Below, one piece after another: positions 1 through 7,753 of a DNA stretch of 23,108 nucleotides. Under the pieces are notes generated by a model. The model saw nothing but the letters and a program-made list of their open reading frames with translations, did no database searches and was not told the DNA's origin. The stretch lies in IMG/VR virus record IMGVR_UViG_3300028422_001686; one strand, given 5' to 3'. Within the stretch, counting starts at the first letter, position 1. Each line of letters begins with the position of its first letter. Made by a program: the position numbers and the translations under genes. The stretch comes from a virus (lineage: Duplodnaviria; Heunggongvirae; Uroviricota; Caudoviricetes).

Positions 1-2085
1 GTCATTAAGAACTGTAATCTCCCATAATTGACCATCTAAACTTCTAAGCTTAAACCCTTTTCCTGCAGACGATCTATCTATATCAAGGTTTGCACTACCT
101 AGGCCGTTATCAGCAAGTAAGGCGGCGTTTTTATCGCTATTATCAAAACTTCCACTTTCAATCTGTTCAGCCTTTAAAAGATACTCAACTCCTGGTGCAT
201 AGAATGTGCCACTAGGAAAAATAGCTTTGTTGGCCTCTAGATCAAAAGATCTCCAAGGATACACCTGTCCTGTAAGTATATCATAAAACTTCAGGATGTC
301 TTGGTCTACTAGAAAATTAGTAATTTCAAATTCTGTAACATCGTCATCACCAGAAAATGAAAAATATTGAATTTGTTTAGATCCAGTAATGCTTGATACT
401 GAGTCTTGAGCATAAAGAATTCCTAGACCTAGAAGCTTAGTGTCCGCCGTTGCGGCTGTAACTTTCACAATAAGTGATTGCTTATAGCCAGTTAAACCAT
501 AAGTTAAGGCTGTATCACTTGTCGCTGACCAGACTGATCCGTCATATACACTTGAGTTTGAAGTTCCTGTTCCTGCAGTCAATTCTAATGCAGTTGTTGC
601 TGCCACATAAGAGTTTCTATATGCAGAGTCAGGAATAATTTGTAGATGATAGTTTGTATTTCTTTTTAAATGAGTTTTTGAAAGTGAGACAATTACGACG
701 TCTTCTCCACTAGTTAAACTAGAAATATCGATTAAGTCAGAGCGACAAAGTTCTGCTCCAGGAAGTCCACTATTATCTTCATTTACAGTTACAATAAAAC
801 TGCCAAGTGGTGACCCTACTTTATTATAAGAGATTGCATATTTAATTAGATCAGATGTCTCTGTTAAGTTAACAACAAGCGCCGCCCTCTGAGCATCGCT
901 ATCATTTAACTCTAAATTAACACCTTCATTTAAAGCACTACCTAGGCTTACACTATTAGTTGTAAATTCAGGAAGAGTTAGTGTTCCAATATATGTGTTA
1001 GAACCACTAATAGATTCCATAGTAACTTCAGTAAAATTCTTACCATTGTCAGCAGAAACTTCATATGTAGCAACTAGATCTGGAGTTTGCCAGAAAGCCC
1101 ATAACTCTATTGACTTGTTATTCAAATCTGAGTCTAAATAATAATCACAATATAGGTTGGTAGTTTGAAGTGTATCAGCAGAAGCAAATTCATAAAAGTA
1201 TTCACTATTTGCTTTATTTAAGTTCGCAGTAGAGTTAGTCTCATCTGTCAGCCCATCCTCTACAAGAGTAAAATCTAGAGGTGTAACAGCACTAAAGACT
1301 GTATCTTCACTTCTGTCTGTAAGCGTATCTACAATTACAGAACCACCACCTCCACTTCCACTAATTGCTATCCAGTATTCTGATTCAAGGTCAGCAAAAA
1401 AGTCAGCAGATGAAGTATGTCCATTTCCGACAGTATCACATCTATATATAACATTATTTTCTTCAACCCAAACGATTGAGTCAGTAAAGTACTTAGTATC
1501 TGCCTTCCATTTCTCAATTCCACCTTTAGCCTCACCAAGGCTAGAGGCTGTTCCGATCTTCCAAGAACTACCGTCGACAAACCAGTGTAGGTATTGCGTA
1601 GTATCTGCATTATCTAAGCGAACCGCAATAGGGATATAGAGAAGGTTAGAATTGGTGATTGCAGGAATAACTGTTTGATCAATAAAAAGATTAGAGTTAG
1701 CCGAAGTAAGAGAAAAACTAGGCGTGTCTCCAGTACCTAAACCAGCTCTATCAATAACAGCATAGAGAATACTACCAGAAGAGCTAAAGCCAAGAGTCTC
1801 AGTTGAAGGAATGTTATAAGAATGAACATTGCCTGTACTGTTTTGATAAACTTTTAAGTAAATATTTTGACCAGTTTCTATTTGTAATTCAGTTCCAGTA
1901 AAGGTAACTGGGCCATCACTGTGAAGAATAATAGAGTAACGTGATAAGATATCACTTATTGCGTTATTCGCATTACCTAAGAGAGTCCCTAAGTCCTCTC
2001 TTTCTGCACCTCCAAGCACAGCTAGTTCAGCATCATTTCTGACCATTGAACTAGATGGATAACCTGATGTACTTCCTAATTGCAT
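1..2085 (-). CDS. Large multidomain virion/fibre protein with a CBM5/12-like module (3'-truncated by the window edge, >=695 aa; not in the ORF track)
   Basis: Manual translation from the ATG at 2085 (MQLGSTSGYPSSMVRNDAELAVLGG...) stays open to base 1 (...GKGFKLRSLDGQLWEITVLND). GGGAG Shine-Dalgarno upstream; overlaps the stop of the 64-aa ORF by 10 nt. Contains KWKADTKYFTDSIVW...IYRC...HTSS...YW, a Gly linker and YEVSADNGKNF. Confidence 0.88.
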   Translation of the reverse strand, partial: MQLGSTSGYPSSSMVRNDAELAVLGGAEREDLGTLLGNANNAISDILSRYSIILHSDGPVTFTGTELQIETGQNIYLKVYQNSTGNVHSYNIPSTETLGFSSSGSILYAVIDRAGLGTGDTPSFSLTSANSNLFIDQTVIPAITNSNLLYIPIAVRLDNADTTQYLHWFVDGSSWKIGTASSLGEAKGGIEKWKADTKYFTDSIVWVEENNVIYRCDTVGNGHTSSADFFADLESEYWIAISGSGGGGSVIVDTLTDRSEDTVFSAVTPLDFTLVEDGLTDETNSTANLNKANSEYFYEFASADTLQTTNLYCDYYLDSDLNNKSIELWAFWQTPDLVATYEVSADNGKNFTEVTMESISGSNTYIGTLTLPEFTTNSVSLGSALNEGVNLELNDSDAQRAALVVNLTETSDLIKYAISYNKVGSPLGSFIVTVNEDNSGLPGAELCRSDLIDISSLTSGEDVVIVSLSKTHLKRNTNYHLQIIPDSAYRNSYVAATTALELTAGTGTSNSSVYDGSVWSATSDTALTYGLTGYKQSLIVKVTAATADTKLLGLGILYAQDSVSSITGSKQIQYFSFSGDDDVTEFEITNFLVDQDILKFYDILTGQVYPWRSFDLEANKAIFPSGTFYAPGVEYLLKAEQIESGSFDNSDKNAALLADNGLGSANLDIDRSSAGKGFKLRSLDGQLWEITVLND

Positions 2086-2270
2086 TTATCGCTCCCTTCT
2101 AAAGGCGTTTCTTTTTTCATGTTTATTATACAGTCTCTTTTAAATTTTCCAAAGAGTGAACACTGATAAATTGTCTCATTATTTATAGTAATACTTACAC
2201 ACTTAAGACATTCTTTGCACTTACGAGGAATATGTTTAAATGATTTAGTGTGTTGTAAATAGTTTTTCAT
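2076..2270 (-). CDS. Small basic Cys-rich protein (CxxCxxC...C...C...C), possibly metal-binding
   Basis: 64 aa with six Cys. Its ATG overlaps the upstream stop (TAATG) and its end overlaps the next start, so it fills the operon gap exactly. Confidence 0.72.
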   Translation of the reverse strand: MKNYLQHTKSFKHIPRKCKECLKCVSITINNETIYQCSLFGKFKRDCIINMKKETPLEGSDKCN

Positions 2271-2551
2271 TACATTTTCTTGAATCTAACTACAGTATTT
2301 ATAGGTAGATCATCCACAGTTGTTATATACTCATTTCCAGATGCACCAGGTATGGTAAAATTCCGCCCAGCTTCAGCGGCTACTGAATTGAAAAAAACAA
2401 GAATTGATGTTGCATCTGTGTATGTTTCAGAGTTAGGTAAGTAGATATCTGTTCCAGCAGGAACAGCTGTGGCAAAATAGAGACTTTCGTCGTATTTTCT
2501 ATCTACGCTCTCTGTATAAACTAGCATTCCGTCTTGAAGCTCTAATGGCAT
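2270..2551 (-). CDS. Small structural protein; stand-alone copy of a beta-domain found inside the 830-aa fibre protein
   Basis: 93 aa with an AGGA SD. YDESLY...AGT..LPNS...VFFN...GRNF...DLPINTVVRFKKM aligns by eye with YDESVY...AGT..LPANS...VFVN...GRNY...DLPPDTVVRYRML at about 5052..5299. Confidence 0.85.
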   Translation of the reverse strand: MPLELQDGMLVYTESVDRKYDESLYFATAVPAGTDIYLPNSETYTDATSILVFFNSVAAEAGRNFTIPGASGNEYITTVDDLPINTVVRFKKM

Positions 2552-2574
2552 GGTTAATTGTCCTGTTTCTATTT

Positions 2575-2614
2575 AATTTAAAAGTTCTCCACCCTATTAT
2601 CTAGGATGGAGAAC
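2575..2614 (-). terminator. Rho-independent terminator after the 501-aa gene
   Basis: The minus-strand RNA GUUCUCCAUCCUA-GAUAA-UAGGGUGGAGAAC forms a 13-bp stem with one U.G wobble (a C/A mismatch on the plus strand), followed by UUUUAAAUU. It lies about 20 nt after the stop at 2636. Confidence 0.8.
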
Positions 2615-2635
2615 AAAAGATCAAGATCTATTTTA

Positions 2636-4141
2636 TTATGCTGAGTAAACACCCATTTGTTGGATGCCACAAACCATAGCTGTTGTTGTGTCAACAACTT
2701 GACCCATCTTAAATACAGCATCACCACTTGTCCAAGTAACATAGCTGTAAGGATAGATCTCACCATTACTTGCAAGATAGAAAGGAAGGCCTTGGTCAGC
2801 AGCTGCCCATCCAAGACTTACAGTATCAAGAATACCACCTTCAACAGTAGCTGTTACAGTTGCACCAGCAGCAGTTGTAGAAGAAATGTAGACGATACCA
2901 AAAGCCCAGAAGTTTTTATCTGCTGTAGCATTAGAGCTAGAAGCTTTATAAACACGGCCAGCAGTTTCACCTGATTTAGCCCAACGAACGGCCCATGTAC
3001 CAGGAGCAAATGACTCACCAAGAATTACTGATTTTTTACCACCAGAAACAGCAAGAGCAGAATCAACTTCAGCAAACTTATTATCAACACCTTTAAAGTA
3101 TGCAGAAGCCTTATCAGTTCCTTCAGCATCAACTTGAGCAGGTGTAAAATTAGTAGGAACTTCAGTAAGAGTTACTTTTTGTCCACTAACAGACTCGATC
3201 TTGGCATCAGTAACATTCAAGTCTGAAATTTTAGATGTTTGAACTGCACCATCAGCAAGGTTTGCAAATCTAACACCGCCAGTAGCGATTTGTAGATAAT
3301 CAACAGCGCCAATAGCAATTTTGCTCTGGGTTACCGCTTCATCAGCAATAGTAAGAACGCCAGCGTTGCTAAGAGTAGCATCACCTGACATTGCTACTGC
3401 AGTAGCAACATTTGAAGCATTACCAACAAAGATTTGGCCAGAAAGAAGATCACCTTCACGAAGAATATCTTGAGCTTCAGTGTTATCAATCTTATCAATA
3501 GACGCAACAGTGATTGACCCATCATTAACGATATCTGTGTTAATAATAAGCATGTCGCCGCTATCTACCTCAATAGTTCCGTCAGAAACAGTAATAGTAC
3601 CGCTTCCAGAAACCTTAAAGAAGTCACCAGTTACAAATCCGTCTCCACCATCAACATAAGCATTTCCTGTTACGTTTCCAGTAAGATCTGAACCAGCAAC
3701 CAAAAGACCACGGTATACAAGCCCAGGAATTGTCCCTTCATAAGCACTTTCCAAAGCTTGAAGAGCAGCTTTAATTGTTGAAGAATCAGGAATTGTAGAT
3801 CCTTCAAAAGTTCCAAGATTTGCTATACCATCAGCAACACCAGTAAGTGTTTGAAGGTTAACAATATCTTCTGCATTAGCGGCAATGGCTGCATTAGCAG
3901 TAGTAAAAAACCCATCAATTTCTGTTTCTGTATAGTAACGTCCATCGTGAGTATGTGCATTAGTAGCGGTAGAAAAATCTGTACCATTTTGAAGGGCTAC
4001 TACATTGTCCAAAATAGTTTTGTTCAATTCTGTATTGCTAGCACTGGTACCAATTAAAAGCGAATTAATACGACCTTTGTCTGTATCGCTAATTGGTTGA
4101 AGCATTCCAGCAATAAGAGATTGTAATACATAAGTTGCCAT
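2636..4141 (-). CDS. Virion fibre/decoration protein, probably trimeric and high-copy
   Basis: 501 aa, Ala/Gly/Thr-rich. Motifs AHTHDGRYYTETEID and LGTFEGSTIPDSSTIKAALQALE, decapeptide AVTxxKI repeats, and a C-terminal GRVYKA...FGIV...AAGATV..GG...FYL domain resembling capsid-cement/DUF2190-type folds. Strong AAGGAG SD. Confidence 0.85.
   Translation of the reverse strand: MATYVLQSLIAGMLQPISDTDKGRINSLLIGTSASNTELNKTILDNVVALQNGTDFSTATNAHTHDGRYYTETEIDGFFTTANAAIAANAEDIVNLQTLTGVADGIANLGTFEGSTIPDSSTIKAALQALESAYEGTIPGLVYRGLLVAGSDLTGNVTGNAYVDGGDGFVTGDFFKVSGSGTITVSDGTIEVDSGDMLIINTDIVNDGSITVASIDKIDNTEAQDILREGDLLSGQIFVGNASNVATAVAMSGDATLSNAGVLTIADEAVTQSKIAIGAVDYLQIATGGVRFANLADGAVQTSKISDLNVTDAKIESVSGQKVTLTEVPTNFTPAQVDAEGTDKASAYFKGVDNKFAEVDSALAVSGGKKSVILGESFAPGTWAVRWAKSGETAGRVYKASSSNATADKNFWAFGIVYISSTTAAGATVTATVEGGILDTVSLGWAAADQGLPFYLASNGEIYPYSYVTWTSGDAVFKMGQVVDTTTAMVCGIQQMGVYSA
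3198..3349 (-). repeat. Protein-level decapeptide repeats (5 units) forming a fibre shaft
   Basis: IADEAVTQSK / IAIGAVDYLQ / IATGGVRFAN / LADGAVQTSK / ISDLNVTDAK: 10-residue periodicity of the (I/L)AxxAVTxxK type, degenerate at the DNA level. Confidence 0.75.
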
Positions 4142-4149
4142 AATCTAAT

Positions 4150-4155
4150 CTCCTT
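4150..4155 (-). promoter_or_regulatory. Shine-Dalgarno AAGGAG of the 501-aa gene
   Basis: TAAGGAGATTAGATTATG: a near-consensus SD 8 nt before the ATG, overlapping the stop of the upstream 50-aa gene. Confidence 0.8.
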
Positions 4156-4306
4156 AACCTTTTATGTAAATCTCTGTGTCGAGAGAGAGCTCATACTCAT
4201 CTCCTAACTCTTTAATATTTTTTCTAAATTCTTCATTTAGCTCTTTAATTTTTTCAAATAATTCTGACTTCAAATCTAGGGGTAAATCTTCAATTAAGAA
4301 CATCAT
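4154..4306 (-). CDS. Small charged helical/coiled-coil protein (50 aa; not in the ORF track)
   Basis: MMFLIEDLPLDLKSELFEKIKELNEEFRKNIKELGDEYELSLDTEIYIKG*. AAGGA SD upstream; fills the gap between two fibre genes; heptad-like L/F/I spacing. Confidence 0.75.
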   Translation of the reverse strand: MMFLIEDLPLDLKSELFEKIKELNEEFRKNIKELGDEYELSLDTEIYIKG

Positions 4307-4314
4307 CAATCCTT

Positions 4315-6807
4315 TTAGCTAGAGTAAACGCCTTGGCGTGTAATATTAACTATTAAGTCATTTCCGTCAACTGTCCCAATAATTACTGAAACGTTTCCAT
4401 TGGCAAGTGTAAGGTCTTCTTCTGTAACCATACCTCCCTGGACCGTTGGATTAGCAAAAACAAGATCACCATGACTAAAGCTTGAAGCCCCACCAACTAA
4501 ACGTCCACCTGTTACAACATATCCTGAACCACCGTGAGGAATTGCCTCAAGAGTAACACCAAAAAGTCTGGAATATTTAGATGGAGTTGAAACATCACCT
4601 AGAACAATATGTCCTGCTAGGTACGGGCTGATTGCCACATGAGAGTAAGCGGGGATGGTTGCCCCAGTATTATTTTGGAAGATATCATAAGTTGCTTTAG
4701 ATGAGCTCTCTATCTTTTCGATAAGACTCATGCTTTTCTTTGTGCCTTCACTAACTGAATACTCTGTAACAATAACTCTTCCATCAACATCTGCCCATAT
4801 TTTACTATACTCTGCATCTGTCTTTGGCTCTGAAGTTTGTGGTGATAAACCATACCCTGTTGGAGGGTCAACAAAACCTTCTATTCCAATGTCTCCATTA
4901 ATTTGAAGAACTTTTTCCTCAGTACTCCATGCATTAAAACGAATAGGTCCTCTTGTAGAAGTTGTTGTAATTAATGGTCCAATCTCGTAGGCACCTTGAA
5001 GTGAAGTTGATCCACCTGATCCACCAGAGATACTTGCTCCGGCTGCACCATGTAGCATTCTATATCTAACAACAGTATCAGGAGGTAAATCTTTCGTAAA
5101 AGAAATAGCTGCGGGTGACCCCGATACTTCGTAGTAATTTCTTCCAGGTTCTTGAAAAAGTTCATTAACGAATACTTCTAACTGTCCAGACCCTAAGATA
5201 TAGTCTTGTGGCAGATTAGCGTTTCGAGAGTTTGCAGGCAGTGAAAGAACTGTTCCTGCTGTAATTACAGATGAGCTGTAGACTGATTCGTCATAATATG
5301 CTGATGCCATACCTAATGTTAGGAAAGGTCTCATGTCTTCTATAATCTCTAAAGTTGAGGTATCTATGCTACCTGCACCATCACCTTGAACAACAATAAG
5401 AGCAAGTTTCATATAGGATGATGGAACTAAAGATTGAAAAGCACTAATTGCATCTTCTTTTGAAACCGAGATATCACTAAAATGATAAATTAAATTATCA
5501 TCATAGCTCAATGCCATCTTTATAGCAATCCACTGATCGTTAAGTCCGCCGATAAGTCCTGCATCGGTAATTTTTTCTAGAATGGAAACAGTTTCCCCTT
5601 CATATTTTGAACCTTCTTCCATGGTAATCCAAACTCTAACAATTTCTCCGTCATAGTTATTGGTAAAACCAGGTGAAACAATAAGGCTTCCATCGGTCTC
5701 AGAGTATGAAACTTTTAACATATCAGAAAATGACACATCTCCAATGCCGATGTAACCAGATCTATTTGGAAGAATCCATTCAACATCTTGACTTAACTCC
5801 TCTTTATCTAAGAGGCCAGTAAAGTTCGTATTAAAATCCTTAATAAGAATTGTATCTAGTAATGCTTGACCAAATTCATCTACAGAAAAAACAGCAACAC
5901 TATCATTGATGAGCTCAAATAGGCTCCCATCTTCTAGGTCTAAATGATATCCATCTGCAGACTCAATAATTCCGCTATTCAGTACAACTTCTGTATCTGC
6001 AATATTTTCAATTTCTAGTGTCCCACTAAATTTATCAGTAGCATTCTTTAAACACCTATCAATGCCTTGTTGAACATTTCTTTCTTCTACATTCTCAATT
6101 TTGGCATTATTGTCTAACGTATAATCTTCAGAAACTGGTGAAGCTAGCCCAATAATCCCAGCCTCATAATCAACATAAAGAATAACTATCTCTTCGACAA
6201 GAGAATTGTCATCATAAATATGGATTCTATCATCTTTTCTGAAATAACGAACACGATCTATACCTATATTGATTTGAGTCATTCCAGTGGTTACATCTTC
6301 AGTTAGTAAATAGTACCCACTTTCTGTTTGGCCATAACTTATTGCTGTGGCATCATGAGCATCTTTTTCAATTGAGACATGATTAATACAAGTATTAAGT
6401 GCCTCTGCAATTCCCTCTGACTGTCCTGGTAAAACAATACTATAGAGGTTATCTATTTGCTCTGAGATACCTGCAAAATTTGCATTAACTTGACTTAGCT
6501 GAAGTGAAACACCGTTTAGCTCTGCTTGTGTGGCAACATCAAAGCCAAGTTTAGATAGGAGAATTGTGCCATCTGCTATCAGTCCACCATCAAATGAGCC
6601 CTCAACTAGGGTATGTGCTTGATGGAGTGGCATTGCCAAGTGTTCATTTATGGCCGTATTTGTCTCAGATATCTGATTCAAGTCTTCTGCAGTTCCAGTA
6701 TAATTATTTAGGATATTTATTTTAGACGCTGGAGCTATTAGTCCAGCCAGTAGATTTAGTTCTGTCTCAGTAACTTGAATTTTTTGAATATCGCTTAATC
6801 TAATCAT
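4315..6807 (-). CDS. Large multidomain tail-fibre-like structural protein (about 830 aa)
   Basis: The likely start is the ATG at 6807 (GAGGT SD 5 nt upstream), not the TTG at 6813. Motifs TETELNLLAG, ATQAEL, EHLAMPLHQAH, NHVSIEKDAHDATAIS, NVQQGID, VFVN..GRNY and SLQGAY. C-terminal NNTGATIP...FGVTLEAI..G..G.V..GG domain. Confidence 0.85.
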   Translation of the reverse strand: MIRLSDIQKIQVTETELNLLAGLIAPASKINILNNYTGTAEDLNQISETNTAINEHLAMPLHQAHTLVEGSFDGGLIADGTILLSKLGFDVATQAELNGVSLQLSQVNANFAGISEQIDNLYSIVLPGQSEGIAEALNTCINHVSIEKDAHDATAISYGQTESGYYLLTEDVTTGMTQINIGIDRVRYFRKDDRIHIYDDNSLVEEIVILYVDYEAGIIGLASPVSEDYTLDNNAKIENVEERNVQQGIDRCLKNATDKFSGTLEIENIADTEVVLNSGIIESADGYHLDLEDGSLFELINDSVAVFSVDEFGQALLDTILIKDFNTNFTGLLDKEELSQDVEWILPNRSGYIGIGDVSFSDMLKVSYSETDGSLIVSPGFTNNYDGEIVRVWITMEEGSKYEGETVSILEKITDAGLIGGLNDQWIAIKMALSYDDNLIYHFSDISVSKEDAISAFQSLVPSSYMKLALIVVQGDGAGSIDTSTLEIIEDMRPFLTLGMASAYYDESVYSSSVITAGTVLSLPANSRNANLPQDYILGSGQLEVFVNELFQEPGRNYYEVSGSPAAISFTKDLPPDTVVRYRMLHGAAGASISGGSGGSTSLQGAYEIGPLITTTSTRGPIRFNAWSTEEKVLQINGDIGIEGFVDPPTGYGLSPQTSEPKTDAEYSKIWADVDGRVIVTEYSVSEGTKKSMSLIEKIESSSKATYDIFQNNTGATIPAYSHVAISPYLAGHIVLGDVSTPSKYSRLFGVTLEAIPHGGSGYVVTGGRLVGGASSFSHGDLVFANPTVQGGMVTEEDLTLANGNVSVIIGTVDGNDLIVNITRQGVYSS

Positions 6808-7750
6808 TAGCAACCTCTATATCATAGTGAACCCAAAGACTATCGTCTGCATCTACGCCGTCGTTTTCTAGTGCCCTATGCGCATCTGTTATAACAAAAC
6901 CTTTATTGTCTGGCATTTCATAGTAATCTTTAGTTATTTCCTTTTCAAGTCCATTGACAATAACTCTCAATGTACCAGAAATAAATACTTCACCAGATGG
7001 AAGGTAGTATGTTTTGTTTAGACTATTCAAATCTCCAACTGGCACAACCTTATACTTATGTGCATGAAGAGGGAGATTTCCGTGAGACGAATCATTTGTT
7101 GAAGAGTTGTAGTCATGTATTTCTTGAAGTGACTGAAGCTGTTCAAGAATAGAATAAATTAATGATTGTGCACCGTTATTTTTAAGAGCAGAGCTATCCC
7201 CATAAATGTCTAGTTCAATTTGAGAGACATTCTTGTCTATTATTTGTTGAACCCCATCTAGAGATGTAGAAGAGGATGTTGCTTCTGGATCAAAAATCCT
7301 TGCACCAATTGATTGTTTCTGTCTAGAGGTTATTCCAGTATTAGAGGCAGTATTTGCTATCTCTACCTTAAGGTTCTGAATCGCATCATTTAATTGCTCT
7401 TGGATATTGCCTAGTGTCTCTTTTATCGTATATGGTCGTTCATTGTCAGAGTCATAATACTGACCATTATCAGTTGTTTTTGTAGATGTCAGATCTAAAT
7501 AAAGTTGGGATCCATCAAATCCATTAGCAAATGGATCTGGAGTATCTGACCTATCTTCTCTAGAAATACCTGTGTCTCCATTAGGAAGAGTATCCAAAAG
7601 AGGTTGTAGCTCGCTATTCCATTTAATAGCTATTTCTTTTAGAGAATTTATGGTTTCTTCTAATGTCGCATTGTAGTCTACAGAGCTGCTTGGCCCTGCT
7701 TTTGGTGCATAGCGTTCAATAATACTTACATCAAGTTTATTTATTCCCAT
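6800..7750 (-). CDS. Virion structural protein (helical N-terminus, His-rich hinge, C-terminal VxVNG..DY beta-domain)
   Basis: 316 aa. GPSSSVDYNATLEE N-terminal motif, coiled-coil stretches, SHGNLPLHAH, and TLRVIVNGLEKEITKDYYE...LWVHY. AGGA SD. Confidence 0.8.
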   Translation of the reverse strand: MGINKLDVSIIERYAPKAGPSSSVDYNATLEETINSLKEIAIKWNSELQPLLDTLPNGDTGISREDRSDTPDPFANGFDGSQLYLDLTSTKTTDNGQYYDSDNERPYTIKETLGNIQEQLNDAIQNLKVEIANTASNTGITSRQKQSIGARIFDPEATSSSTSLDGVQQIIDKNVSQIELDIYGDSSALKNNGAQSLIYSILEQLQSLQEIHDYNSSTNDSSHGNLPLHAHKYKVVPVGDLNSLNKTYYLPSGEVFISGTLRVIVNGLEKEITKDYYEMPDNKGFVITDAHRALENDGVDADDSLWVHYDIEVAND

Positions 7751-7753
7751 GGA

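Noticed and set aside
2552-2582. TTAAATA after the terminator as a T4-like late promoter
   Set aside because: It only partly matches TATAAATA in very AT-rich sequence, and I saw no second copy at another gene start to support it.
1368-5165. Minus-strand alternative-frame ORFs 1368..1610, 2578..2814 and 4971..5165
   Set aside because: They are nested out of frame in longer real genes (the first lies inside the 1..2085 gene). The second also runs through the terminator hairpin.
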